Positions 1 through 13,163 of a stretch of 64,000 bases of DNA are shown here, piece after piece. Every line of letters begins with the position of its first letter. The stretch's first letter is position 1. Location of the stretch: assembly GCA_950097015.1 (NCBI GenBank), contig CATNEN010000038.1, positions 4,340,001 to 4,404,000 of the forward strand. Direction: 5' to 3'. The notes under the pieces are model-generated. The model was not told where the DNA came from. It did no database searches and saw nothing but the letters and a program-made list of their open reading frames with translations. The position numbers and the translations under genes are program-made. The stretch comes from Macrostomum hystrix (taxonomy: Eukaryota > Animalia > Platyhelminthes).

Positions 1-717
1 TCCCTAACCTGTCCTCGTCCCTTACCTGTCCTCATCCCTTACCTGTCCTCATCCCTTACCTGTCCTCATCCCTTACCTGTCCTCATCCCTTACCTGTCCT
101 CATCCCTTACCTGTCCTCATCCCTTACCTGTCCTCATCCCTAACCTGTCCTCGTCCCTTACCTGTCCTCATCCCTTACCTGTCCTCATCCCTTACCTGTC
201 CTCATCCCTTACCTGTCCTCATCCCTAACCTGTCCTCGTCCCTTACCTGTCCTCATCCCTTACCTGTCCTCATCCCTTACCTGTCCTCATCCCTTACCTG
301 TCCTCATCCCTTACCTGTCCTCATCCCTTACCTGTCCTCATCCCTTACCTGTCCTCATCCCTAACCTGTCCTCGTCCCTTACCTGTCCTCATCCCTTACC
401 TGTCCTCATCCCTTACCTGTCCTCATCCCTAACCTGTCCTCATCCCTTACCTGTCCTCATCCCTAACCTGTCCTCATCCCTAACCTGTCCTCATCCCTTA
501 CCTGTCCTCATCCCTAACCTGTCCTCATCCCTTACCTGTCCTCATCCCTTACCTGTCCTCATCCCTTACCTGTCCTCATCCCTTACCTGTCCTCATCCCT
601 TACCTGTCCTCATCCCTTACCTGTCCTCATCCCTAACCTGTCCTCATCCCTAACCTGTCCTCATCCCTTACCTGTCCTCATCCCTAACCTGTCCTCATCC
701 CTTACCTGTCCTCATCT
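1..717. repeat. 17-bp minisatellite (CCTTACCTGTCCTCATC)n in AQR intron
   Basis: Tandem array visible from window start. Confidence 0.95.
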
Positions 718-1002
718 CACCTATACTTATCCCACCTGTCCTTACCACCTGTTGACGAGTATTTTAACGCGTTATAAGTTAATTTTATATTGGTATAGAA
801 TGTCCAAAATAATTTTACGGCCTTTCAAAGAGGTTTCGAGTCAATTGAAAATCTTTCAGTGTAAGCTTATCACTGTGCGTCTAAAGAACTAATTTGCACC
901 CATTTTAGTACATGCAATTTATATTAGGGTTGATTAAAACAGTAGTTTGACCATTTCTACGGCAGGCCAACTTCAATCCTTCCGATTCTCACCATTCCAA
1001 AG

Positions 1003-4000
1003 GTTGACCTAGTTCGCGACCAGCTCAAGCGCGTCATCTCACTAGGGATTTGGCGCTGCTTGAGTCCACGGCTGCTGGAACTCACATTGGCCAGTCAGCC
1101 GCGCCACGCCAAACTCTACCGGGCTCTGCTTCGTCGAGACGAGAATATTTCAAAATCTGCATCCCAGGCTGAGCGCGACGCCATGGAATTTGAGTACACC
1201 TTCTTGGCCAACTTTATCGAACGGTTTATTCGAGTCCTGTACTCAGCCAAGCCTTTCACTAGCGACAGTGAGAGCAGGCCTGCTGAGCAGCGGCTCATTG
1301 TTAGCTACTGCGAGCGCTGCCTTCAATTGCTGATTGATTTAGAATCCACCCTGCTGACCAGACGATTCTTCAATCTGCTTCTAGAGGACAGTGGTGTTAT
1401 TGTCCGCTGCAGACTGTCCCCATTGGCTGGAGCATCGGAGACCAATGGCAAGCTGTTCTGTCAGCTGCTGTCCATGCTGGACTTTTATGCCAAATTTGAA
1501 ATTGACGAATTGGAAGGCCAGGCCCTGACAAGCGTGCAGGTGGACAGCCGGCACTGCAGGGATGTTGTTGCACTGCAGAAGTCCGTTTATAAGTTGCACA
1601 GGTGAGGCTTTGAGATGTGTAATCCTACTGAACATATTAGAGCTTAGTGGGCAGCTTGTCCAGTGGTCCATGGACTGAACATATTAGAGCTTATTGGGCA
1701 GCTTGTCCAGTGGTCCATGGACTGAACATATTAGAGCTTATTGGGTAGCTTGTCCCTGGTCCATGGACTGAACATATTAGAGCTTATTGGGCAGCTTGTC
1801 CAGTGGTCCATGGACTGAACATATTAGAGCTTATTGGGCAGCTTGTCCAGTGGTCCATGGACTCAACATATTAGAGCTTATTGGGCAGCTTGTCCAGTGG
1901 TCCATGGACTGAACATATTAGAGCTTATTGGGCAGCTTGTCCAGTGGTCCATGGACTGAACATATTAGAGCTTATTGGGCAGCTTGTCCAGTGGTCCATG
2001 GACTCAACATATTAGAGCTTATTGGGCAGCTTGTCCAGTGGTCCATGGACTGAACATATTAGAGCTTATTGGGCAGCTTGTCCAGTGGTCCATGGACTGA
2101 ACATATTAGAGCTTAGTGGGCAGCTTGTCCAGTGGTCCATGGACTGAACATATTAGAGCTTATTGGGCAGCTTGTCCCTGGTCCATGGACTGAACATAGT
2201 GTAGCTTATTTGATTTCATGAGAATGAACATAAAGTGTGAGGTCATATATCGCACTGAATTTGGTGTCATTTGTGCTTTGTACCAGCTTAGTTTTTAGTT
2301 ACCAGGACTTGAAGTTAACTCAATTTGGCCGCCAACCCTCCGCCAGAGACGACCTGTCCGATCTCCACCGTCGCTTCGTTGTCGCTCACGTGGCAGCACT
2401 CGAAAGCGAGCCGGAGCTGTGCCGATTCCTTGACAAATTCGACCTGGCCGACCTTCTTGACATCGCCGACTGTCTCGGCCTTCGGCTGACCTACTCGGAG
2501 GTGGCCCCTGAAGAGCAGCGTCGATTGGTCACGGCCCTGATGGTGTACAAATTCTGCAAGCGCAAGTCCCAGTTGGACTCCATCAACTCGATGCCGCTCT
2601 ATCCTACCGAGGCGGTTATCTGGGATGAGAACATTGTGCCGGTGGAGCGTTACTATGGCGACGGTTGCCTAGCGCTGCCGAAATTGAATCTGCAATTTTT
2701 AACTTTGCACGATTACTTGATGCGCAATTTTCACCTGTTCCGCTTGGAGAGCACCTACGAGATCCGGCAGGATGTGGAGGATTCCATTGCCAGGATGCGG
2801 CCCTGCCAGGGTGACATGGGCGAGGATGAGGTCGTCTTCTGCGGCTGGTCCCGTATGGCCCTGCCTATCCAGGTGAGTTCGGGGGTTCGATTCCCGACTC
2901 CACTGGAACAATTTGTGCCCTTTAGCAAGACACTTAACTCTGCATTGCTTCAGTTCAGCCAGTTGATAAAATTGTTCACCCAGCATCAGCTGGGATAATT
3001 GAAGGTGGGTGTGGCGTCCCCCCAGTCCATGGACTGAACAGCTGTACGCAGCGTTCAGATGCGCCGCGCAATAGCGAATCTGTGCTGTCGGCTGCACATC
3101 TGACCCGATTGGGGCAGGTGTAATCAATTATTATTATTATTAAGTCATGAAATCAAATGATGACCCTTGAACTATTTATGACCTCACGTCTCTCGCACTC
3201 TATTTAGTCGTTCAGCATAATCGAGGTTGCCAAGCCGTTGCTAGGCTCTAGTCAGCCGTCGAAGGTGCGCGCCGATATTTCAGTGATGCTGCACAATAGG
3301 CAGGATGTTGCTAACGAGTGGGACAGTCTGCGCCGGCACGATCCCTGCTTTCTCATCACAGTGCGGCCGACCTGCCTAAAAGGGACCAAATTCGATTATA
3401 AGGCGCCCTTCGTGCCTCAGGTTGGCCTGACCTGCGTGCGCGGCTGCGAGCTGGAGGGCCTGCTGGACGACGAGGGCAAGGTGAGATTTTTTGACATTCT
3501 ACTGCCGACAGCCGAACTCACTGGAAACTCGATTTCGCACCATCCCACCTGTGCTCATCTTAGCTGTGCTCATCTCACCTGTGCTCATCTCACCTGTCCT
3601 CATCTAACCTGTCCTCATCTCACCTGTCCTCATCTCACCTGTCCTCATCTCACCTGTCCTCATGCCACTTGCAGCTGATTCCCGAGGAGCAGATGAGCCA
3701 GATGCGGCCGCACGGTCGGCATCGCACCTACCGAGTGAGGCTAGACCCCTGCCAGTACCAGACTGACATGGAGCGAGTCAGCGACGGCTCAGGCGAAGAC
3801 GTCTACTCGGGCTTCAACGTGCTGCTGCGTCGAAAGCCGAAGGAGAACAATTTCAAAGCCGTATTGGAGACCATCCGGAATCTGATGAACACAAAATGTG
3901 TTGTTCCCGACTGGCTGTTGGACCTGTTGCTAGGCTACGAAGATCCCGCTTCGGCTAGCTACTATAACCGGCCTGAGGCCTATGTGACTGAGCAGGATTG

Positions 4001-7000
4001 GCGGGACACATTTCTGGGCCCCGACCACCTTGCCGCGTCCTTTCCCCAGTTTGAGCTGGTCTGGCCAGATGGCATCGACGCGCCCGCTAAGGAGCCGCCC
4101 TATCGTTTGATCTTTCCGGCTTTGGATGCCGAAGCTGCCGCCACCGCCGCCGTAGAAGTCGCCGCTGAAGCCGACAACCAAGGATTATCGGAGACTGCAA
4201 AGGCGCCGCTGATTGTTCAGCCGTACAGGCCGGCCCGCCGAGGACCATACAGATCTGCGCAGTATAAGCGGAATGCGGTGCGATTTACACCTACTCAGGT
4301 GAGAGCCTAGGACACTGCCCTGCCCTACTGTGCATTAATGTACGGATTGCTTAGAATCTGAGAGGATTGCTTAGAATCTGAGAGGATTGCTTAGAATCTG
4401 AGAGGATTGCTTAGAATCTGAGAGGATTGCTTAGAATCTGAGAGGATTGCTTAGAATCTGAGAGGATTGCTTAGAATCTGAGAGGATTGCTTAGAATCTG
4501 AGAGGATTGCTTAGAATCTGAGAGGATTGCTTAGAATCTGAGAGGATTGCTTAGAATCTGAGAGGATTGCTTAGAATCTGAGAGGATTGCTTAGAATCTG
4601 AGAGGATTGCTTAGAATCTGAGAGGATTGCTTAGAATCTGAGAGGATTGCTTAGAATCTGAGAGGATTGCTTAGAATCTGAGAGGATTGCTTAGAATCTG
4701 AGAGGATTGCTTAGAATCTGAGAGGATTGCTTAGAATCTGAGAGGATTGCTTAAAATCTGAGAGGATTGCTTAGAATCTGAGAGGATTGCTTAGAATCTG
4801 AGAGGATTGCTTAGAATCTGAGAGGATTGCTTAAAATCTGAGAGGATTGCTTAGAATCTGAGAGGATTGCTTAGAATCTGAGAGGGTTGCTTAGAATCTG
4901 AGAGGATTGCTTACAAACGGAGGGGATTTTTTACAAACTGAAGGGATTGTTCAGAATCTGATAGGATTTTTGAGATCGAATGTGCTATTTGTAAATTGAG
5001 TATCTTATGCTCACATTGCTGCCTATTTCTAGGTGCGCGCCATTCGCAGCGGCATGCAGCCGGGCCTAACTCTGGTTGTCGGGCCACCCGGCAGCGGCAA
5101 AACAGACGTGGCTGTGCAGATTATCGCCAACATCTATCACAATTATCCCAATCAGAGGACTCTGTTAGTCACGCATAGCAACCAGGTTAGTGGGCTAAGC
5201 CTGCTTTGTGTGCTCTTGAATGCTCAATTTTTATCTTAATTTTTACCTCCCTGTTCTACTTTCTTATCTCACTTATCTATTCTCTAACTACTCTTTCATC
5301 TCTCCGATCTATCCAGTCTCTCTTCTCTTTCATCTAAATTCATCTCTGTGATCTCATCGTTCTCTCATCTCTCTGATCTACTATCTCATCTCTCTGATAT
5401 ACTCTCTCATCTCTCTAAACTACTCTCTCATCTCTCTGATCTACTCTCTCATCTCTCTGATCTACTCTCTCATCTTTCTGAGCTACTCTCTCATCTCTCT
5501 AAACTACTCTCTCATCTCTCTGATCTACTCTCTCATCTCTCTAAACTACTCTCTCATCTCTCTAAACTACTCTCTCATCTCTCTGATCTACTCTCTCATC
5601 TCTCTAAACTACTCTCTTATCTCTCTAAACTACTCTCTCATCTCTCTAAACTACTCTCTTATCTCTCTAAACTACTCTCTCATCTCTCTGATCTACTCTC
5701 TCATCTCTCTGATCTACTCTCTCATCTCTCTGATCTACTCTCTCATCTCTCTGATCTACTCTCTCATCTCTCTGATCTACTCTCTCATCTCTCTGATCTA
5801 CTCTCTCATCTCTCTGATCTACTCTCTCATCTCTCTGATCTACTCTCTCATCTCTCTGATCTACTCTCTCATCTCTCTGATCTACTCTCTCATCTCTCTG
5901 ATCTACTCTCTCATCTCTCTGATCTACTCTCTCATCTCTCGGATCTACTCTCTCATCTCTCTGATCTACTCTCTCATCTCTCTAAAATACTCTCTTATCT
6001 CCCTGACCTACTCTGCCAAACCCATCGGTTTTCAACCACATTTCAGGCGCTGAATCAGCTGTTTGAGAAGATCATGGCCCTGGACATCGATCAGCGTCAC
6101 CTGCTGCGTCTGGGCCGCGGTGAGGAGGCCCTGGCCACCGAGGGCGACTTCAGCCGGCACGGCCGAGTGAACTACATCCTGGCCAGGCGCATGCAGCTGC
6201 TGCAGGAGGTTGGCCGCCTAGCCGAGAGTCTGGGCATGCCCCCGGAGCAGGCGGCTGACTCGTGTGAGCAGGCCGAGTACTTCTTCATGTATCACGTACT
6301 GGACAGGTGGGAGGCCTTCTTACACAGGTGAGTGATGGTTTCAATGTTTTGTGTTGACGTATTATTTTCTAAAGTGTCTACTTATATAAGGAATCAGTAG
6401 TATTAAAAACTTTTAACGGAACAATCCCCGCCAGATTTTTTGCCGAAGTTCCCATGTAATAGTTATGGGTATCCCATGAGGTAGTTATGGGAATCCCATG
6501 ATGTAGTTATGGGGAATCCCATGAGTTAGTTATGGGGAATCCCATGAGTTAGTTATGGGGAATCCCATGAGATTTTTATGGGAATCCCATGAGATAGTTA
6601 TGGGGAATCCATCCCATGAGGTAGTTATGGAAATCCTATGAGATTGTTATGGGGAATCCCATGAAGTAGTTATGGGGAATCACATGAGGTAGTTATGAGG
6701 AATCCCATGAGATTGTTATGGGAAATTTGACTAAAATTTAGAGGCAAATCTAACCGAGGTCAAAAGGGATTCTCTGAAAAATTGTTTCAAAATCTCTATA
6801 AGATTGCTAAGAAATTTCCTGCTAAGATTTTGAGCATTTCTCAAATGCTTAAAATATCTCCCAAATGAACATTGGGAAATCTATTTGGCTTATTTAAATT
6901 TGCTGGTCTCATGAATCTCGGACCATTGCAATTTAAAGGATCTCCACTGAAACTGGTGACAAAGACTCAGCCGAGGAGGCCGACGCTGGCAACGGCAGCA

Positions 7001-10000
7001 ACAAAGAGTCTGCTAGCACGGTGCACAAAGACCCGGACGCAGCTCACGCGGCCCTGGTCTCTCAGCATTTTCCATTTCACGGCTTCTTTTCAAACGCAGA
7101 CTATTTGCCATTGTTTCACGGCGAGTCGCTGGAGGCAGACCTGGACTCAGCCAGGGCCTGCTTCCGGCATCTGGAGTCGCTGTTTCAACAGCTCAGCGAA
7201 TCTCGCAGCTTCGAGCACATGCGATCCGGCGTTGAGCGAGCCAATTACCTGCTGGTGCAGGAGGCCAAGATCATTGCGCTGACCTGTACCCACGCCAGCC
7301 TGCGCCGGCAGGATCTGGTTCAGCTGGCCTTTCACTACGACAACATCGTCATGGAGGAGGCCGCCCAGATTCTCGAGATTGAAACCTTCATCCCGCTGCT
7401 GCTGCAGAATCCAGATTATCAGGTTCGTTCGCTGCGTCAGTTGCCACGATATGTTTAGAAAAACTGATGATTCGATTATAAAATATTCAGAGTGTTTCCG
7501 CTTGTCTTTTTGTAAAAGTTCGTGAGTTCGAATCCCTTAGCTAATCCTTATGTTAGTATTTTTTTGTTTAACAAAAAAACATTTTTTTAAATTTATTACA
7601 AAAATAGTTAATCAAACTCTCTTGGCCAATATACATAAAATGTATTTAAATAAACCATTGCCCGATATGTATCGAAAATAGTTAAACGCATGAATTGAAA
7701 ACACCACTGCAGGGCAACTCGACTCTAAAGCGCTGGATTATGATCGGCGATCATCACCAACTGCCTCCAGTTGTGAAAAACATGGCCTTCCAAAAGTACT
7801 CCAACATGGAGCAGTCCCTGTTCACTCGCCTCATCAAGCTTGGCGTTCCGGCTGTTCAACTGGACGCCCAGGGTCGCGCCCGAAGCTCCATAGCCGAGCT
7901 TTACCGCTGGCGATACAAACGCCTGGCCGACCTGCCGCACGTCCTGCTCCAGCCGGAGTTTCGCTACTGCAATCCCGGCTTCGAGTTCGATTATCAACTC
8001 GTTGACGTGCCCGATTTTAACGGCGTTGGCGAGTCGGAGCCGAATCCGCATTTCTTTCAAAACCTTGGTGAAGCCGAATACGCCGTGGCCATCTTCATGT
8101 ACATGCGGCTGATCGGCTGGCCCGCGGAGAAGGTTCGCCAGGCACCACACTTAGAGAACGGGATATGGGATCTGAGGATTAGGATATGGGATCTGAGGAT
8201 TAGGATATGGGATCTGAGGATTAGGATATGGGATCTGAGGATTAGGATATGGGATCTGAGGATTACGATATGGGATCTGAGGATTACGATATGGGATCTG
8301 AGGATTAGGATATGGGATCTGAGGATTACGATATGGGATCTGAGGATTACGATATGGGATCTGAGGATTAGGATATGGAATCTGAGGATTAGGATATGGG
8401 ATCTGAGGATTAGGATATAGGATCTGAGGATTAGGATATGGGATCTGAGGATTAGGATATAGGATCTGAGGATTGGGATATGGGATCTGAGGATTAGGAT
8501 ATGGGATCTGAGGATTAGGATATGGGATCTGAGGATTAGGATATGGGATCTGAGGATTAGGATATGGGATCTGAGGATTAGGATATGGGATCTGAGAATT
8601 AGGATATGGGATCTGATGATTGGGTTAGGAGATCTTAGGATTAGGATAATCGATTTATAGATTTGGATAGGAAAAAAGAAATTGGATTATCTTTGATGAG
8701 GGCCGAATGATAGAGATTTTAGAGTTATGATGTGAGGTCCTCGTATCGGGATATGGGATCCAGCATTACAATTTAGGAAATGATTTTGAATCTGAAATGA
8801 ATCATAAAAATAAAATTAAGAAATACAATCAAGTAACTTGTAATTCCTAAACTATCCCTCCCCAGATCACCATCCTGACCACCTACAACGGCCAGAAGCA
8901 CCTACTGCGGGACATTGTGAACACCAAGTGCGCCGACAATCCACTGCTTGGCCGGCCGTCCAAAGTGACCACCGTTGATCGCTATCAGGGCCAGCAGAAC
9001 GACTTTGTCATCCTGTCACTAGTGCGCACCAGGGCTGTTGGCCACCTTCGGGATATTCGCCGACTCGTTGTGGCCCTGTCTCGCGCCCGCCTAGGCCTGC
9101 TGGTGCTGGCGCGCGAGTCTCTGTTTAGAAACTGCTTCGAATTGCGCCCGGCCTTCGACCTGCTGGCTCAGCGGCCCACGCAGCTCCGCCTGCTGCCGTG
9201 GGAGTCATTTGCGGCGCCGCGGCCCGTCAACACCCGGCCGGCCAGGCAGCCTGTCGCTGTTGTTGACGTTTTCCAGGCCACCAGGCTGGTGCAGGAGCTT
9301 CACAAGGCTCGCCTGCGCACCATGGCGATGGCCCAGCCACCGCAGGCGCCGCAACCGCCGCTGCCCCCACCGATGCCGCCGAGGCTTCCAGTTGCCGCTG
9401 TTCAGGCCTACAGCAGCGGTGCCGACTTGTCTGTCAACGCGCCTAGTTCCAAGACTGCTGGCCAGGAGGATATTGTTGAAGTCCTCGATGCCGACGATGT
9501 TGAGCTGATTGAGGAGGTTGGCGGAGTCGGCGTTGAGACGCAGACTGGCACGGACGAAGCTCCCCTTGCCGAGGGGTCCGCTGATCAAGCGGACGATGAT
9601 GACGAAGACGAATCGCAGAATTCTCAGGCTCAACCGGTCAGGGAATCCCCAACGACCGCCAAGCCAGCGGTCAAAGGAGAATCCCAAGCGGCGAGTGTTG
9701 TCGAAGCGGCATCCCAGGAGGCGCCAGCCAGTGAATCGGAGTCTCAGCTTGCCGCAGCCAGAGGCGCTGAATCCCAGGATACCGGAGTAAGCGAAGAGAT
9801 ATCCCAACAGATGTCAGCCGCCGAAGGAGAATCCCAAGAGATGACAGCAGCAGAAGGAGAATCCCAACAGACGTCAGCCGCTGAAGGGGAATCCCAGGAG
9901 ATCTCAACCGCCGAAGGAGAATCCCAGGAGACGACAGCAGCAGAAGGAGAATCCCAACAGACGTCAGCCGCTGAAGGGGAATCCCAGCAGATGTCAGCCG

Positions 10001-10521
10001 CCGAAGGGGAATCCCAACAAGTTTCAGCCGCCGAAGGAGAATCCCAACAGATGTCAGCCGCCGAAGGGGAATCCCAACAGGTGTCAGCAGCCGAAGGAGA
10101 ATCCCAGCAGATGTCAGCCGCCGAAGGAGAATCCCAACAGATGTCAGCCGCCGAAGGGGAATCCCAGCAGATGTCAGCCGCCGAAGGAGAATCCCAGCAG
10201 ATGTCAGCCGCCGAAGGAGAATCCCAGGAGACGCCAGTCGCCGAAGGAGAATCCCAGGGGACGCCAGTCGCCGAAGGAGAATCCCAGGAGGCGCCAGTCG
10301 CCGAAGGAGAATCCCAGGGGACGCCAGTCGCCGAAGGAGAATCCCAGGAGGCGCCAGTCGCCGAAGGAGAATCCCAGGAGACGCCAGTCGCCGAAGGAGA
10401 ATCCCAGTCGTCTACAACTGCGGATCAAGTGGTGGCGGCAGCGGCAGAGTCAGCTGAAGAGGCCGAAGCGGCCGACCAGCCGCCGGCAAAGAAGCGGAGG
10501 CGGCGCAGACGCCGCTATTGA
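1003..10521 (+). CDS. AQR: Intron-binding spliceosomal RNA helicase Aquarius (SF1/Upf1-like); 5' end lies upstream of the window. Exons 1003-1601, 2347-2872, 3208-3480, 3675-4298, 5033-5185, 6047-6327, 6939-7422, 7713-8132, 8866-10521
   Basis: AQR-typical motifs [34 protein letters not shown], Walker [48 protein letters not shown]; all introns GT-AG with consistent phases. Confidence 0.96.
1627..2198. repeat. 47-bp minisatellite, ~12 copies, AQR intron
   Basis: Unit ACTGAACATATTAGAGCTTATTGGGCAGCTTGTCCAGTGGTCCATGG; starts at 1674 and 1721 give the period. Confidence 0.95.
2879..3142 (+). mobile_element. tRNA-derived CORE-type SINE, 5'-truncated
   Basis: B box GGTTCGATTCC, CORE-like TGTGCCCTTTAGCAAGACACTTAAC, (ATT)n tail; homologous to 48655-48940 and 54850-55110. 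Confidence 0.85.
3541..3663. repeat. 15-bp minisatellite (CACCTGTCCTCATCT)n
   Basis: Tandem array ending just before the acceptor at 3674. Confidence 0.9.
4344..4913. repeat. 20-bp minisatellite (GGATTGCTTAGAATCTGAGA)n
   Basis: Near-perfect tandem array, ~28 copies. Confidence 0.95.
5361..6010. repeat. 21-bp minisatellite (CTCTCTCATCTCTCTGATCTA)n
   Basis: Tandem array in AQR intron. Confidence 0.95.
6450..6725. repeat. ~22-23-bp degenerate minisatellite (GGGAATCCCATGAG.TAGTTATG)n
   Basis: Imperfect tandem array in AQR intron. Confidence 0.85.
8161..8650. repeat. 21-bp minisatellite (GGATATGGGATCTGAGGATTA)n
   Basis: Tandem array in last AQR intron. Confidence 0.95.
9790..10407 (+). repeat. 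Coding 30-bp tandem repeat ([10 protein letters not shown] / [10 protein letters not shown]) in AQR C-terminal tail
   Basis: ~20 in-frame units, synonymous variation, no frameshift. Confidence 0.9.
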
Positions 10522-10570
10522 AAGTTAATTGTTTGTACTTTTGTTTATCTTTTGACAGACATTTTTGTAT

Positions 10571-10576
10571 AATAAA
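10571..10576 (+). terminator. Candidate AQR polyadenylation signal AATAAA
   Basis: AATAAA 50 nt after the stop codon. Confidence 0.5.
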
Positions 10577-10991
10577 TTTTCCTACGTAATTCGCTGCATA
10601 TATTGCAATTATAATATTAAATTTTGGTTTGCGAATGCGCCTTTGTTGTCCAGAAAAATACTCAAAAGTGCTCTCCGGTGCAAACAAATCAATTCAAGTT
10701 GCATTAAAGCAGTTGTCTGCAGTACTGTTTTACTTAAGCTGCCTTTAACTCTCAAATGTTAATTATTAAGTGAAGGTTTTTATAGTACCTGTTGTACTTT
10801 AGTAACATTTCCTTTCTTTCCAGTTTTTTGCGTGTCCATGAAACTCGGAGGGAAATAAAACTTCATTTGGGTGTTCAGGATTCAGGCTGGATCGCCTCAA
10901 AATTGACCGCTATTGCCCATTGTTGTTGGGATAATTTTGTTACCTTTTAGTGGATTTATTACAACTGGCTTTAATTATTTAATAACCTTCA

Positions 10992-11397
10992 GACCCTTCA
11001 CTAGACTCTAACCCAACCCTTCCCTGACCCTTCACTAGACTCTAACCCAACCCTTCCCTGACCCTTCACTAGACTCTAACCCAACCCTTCCCTGACCCTT
11101 CACTAGACTGTAACCCAACCCTTCCCTGACCCTTCACTAGACTCTAACCCAACCCTTCCCTGACCCTTCACTAGACTCTAACCCAACCCTTCCCTGACCC
11201 TTCACTAGACTCTAACCCAACCCTTCCCTGACCCTTCACTAGACTGTAACCCAACCCTTCCCTGACCCTTCACTAGACTCTAACCCAACCCTTCCCTGAC
11301 CCTTCACTAGACTGTAACCCAACCCTTCCCTGACCCTTCACTAGACTGTAACCCAACCCTTCCCTGACCCTTCACTAGACTGTAACCCAACCCTTCC
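10992..11397. repeat. 34-bp minisatellite (ACCCTTCACTAGACTCTAACCCAACCCTTCCCTG)n
   Basis: ~12 tandem copies, intergenic. Confidence 0.95.
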
Positions 11398-12037
11398 GTA
11401 AGGTTTCTTGGAAACGCGTCGAGAACATTTCTTGGACATAGGCAGAAAAATTTCTTAATGACTCCTATGGTATTCTAAGAATGCAAGAATTATTCAAAGC
11501 ACTTACTGATCTAAAAGCGGTTATGTGGCGCAGCTCATTGATTGATCTTTCCCTGAGTAAATAGCGTTGAGAATTTATTGATTTAGTCTATCTCTTTTTT
11601 GTAATCTAGTGTTGCTTGCGAAGAAATGAAGCAACCAAGGTTCTAGGTATTTGTCTTCCGGGTTTCATAGTAGAGCCTTAACCTCATATATTGTACATTG
11701 TAGTCTCATCGCTGGCCTACAATGACTGAGGAATTGAATGACTCAGGAAATTGTGGGATTTGGGAAAACAATAAGGTCTGACTTGATTCTAGAACTGCAG
11801 CAGCATCATCAGCTGCCCGTTGTTTGAGGCGGATTCGTACACTTCCTTTGCAACTACCCTGTTACATTGACGGTTCGCATTTGTACTCATGTAACAGAGC
11901 TGCCTTCGTGTCTGTATGCTGTTCGATTTGCCTAATTAGACTGTAGCCACGTGTTTCGCGACCGTTACTGCCCGATACTGCCTGGGCCTTACTTGCACAA
12001 TTGGCTCACATTCATATAATTCTGTGCTACATAAAAT

Positions 12038-13163
12038 AACCTGTTAGACAGGCCTCTGTAACATGATAGTGAACCTGTTAGACAGGCCTCTGTAACATAA
12101 TAGTGAACCTGTTAGACAGGCCTCTGTAACATAATAGTGAACCTGTTAGACAGGCCTCTGTAACATGATAGTGAACCTGTTAGACAGGCCTCTGTAACAT
12201 GATAGTGAACCTGTTAGACAGGCCTCTGTAACATGATAGTGAACCTGTTAGACAGGCCACTGTAACATGATAGTGAACCTGTTAGACAGGCCTCTGTAAC
12301 ATGATAGTGAACCTGTTAGTCTCCGACTGTGTCCGGCAGCTCAATAACCTGGCCGGTAAGAATACCGTCAGACTTCAGTGGATACCAGGGCACGCCGGTT
12401 TCCCTGGTAACGAGCTTGCTGACCACCTGGCCAAGCAGGGAGGAGCCAGCTCTGCGCCGGGCCCCTCCCCCCCGGCTCCGATTCCGAGCACCGTCATTTA
12501 TTGTCAGATTAATGATTGGACCGCCAACCTCCATCTTACCCGGTGGAGAAGCACCACTAACTGCCGCCAATCCAAAGCGGCAGTTCCAGTGCCATCCGCT
12601 CGGCTCCGGAAGGTCCTTCTGAACCAGACCCGGAAGGACATCCGGGCCCTCACCATGACCCTCACGGGCCATGGCTGCTACGCCAGACACTGTTTCCTCC
12701 AGACACACTCCGGAGGTGGAGACCTCCGGAGTGAGCTGTGCCCTTTCTGCAACCTTGAGGACGAGGATGCCCTGCACTTCGTCTGCCACTGCCCTTTCTT
12801 CACCAGAGAGAGGCTCAATCACCTCGGACCAAACCCATCAATGGACGATGTTTGCAGATCCGAGAACATCCCGCGGCTCGTCCGGTTCCTAAGGGCTACC
12901 AGACGAGCCTCTTTCTTCCCCAGCGAGGAACAAGCTGCAGGAAGGACCGAACACGGACCTCCCTGACTGGCCCCGCGCCATCGGCCGATTGCGGGTCTTT
13001 CAGGGATTAGTGGAATGGGCGACTCCCGCCTCCCCGCTGCGTCCGTCGGACCGCCCTGCAGATAAGTCAAGTAAGTCAAGTTAGACAGGCCTCTGTAACA
13101 TGATAGTGAACCTGTTAGACAGGCCACAGTAGCATGATGGACAACCTGTTAGACAGGCCTCTA
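12038..13163. repeat. 34-bp minisatellite (AACCTGTTAGACAGGCCTCTGTAACATGATAGTG)n interrupted by a retrotransposon
   Basis: Array at 12038-12319 resumes in register at 13080. Confidence 0.9.
12320..13079 (+). mobile_element. 5'-truncated non-LTR retrotransposon (RNase H end + CCHC finger; I-group, R1/LOA-like)
   Basis: WIPGHAGFPGNELADHLAK RNase H motif, LTGHG, CPFC-x8-H-x4-C; stop at 12966; (TAAGTCAAG)2 tail; GTTAG duplicated at 12315-12319 and 13080-13084. Confidence 0.9.

Noticed and set aside
1-717. Telomere-like CCCTAA within the repeat
   Set aside because: Minor variant of a 17-bp intronic unit, not a hexamer array
1627-2198. CRISPR-like appearance of 34-47-bp arrays
   Set aside because: No unique spacers, no cas genes, eukaryotic context
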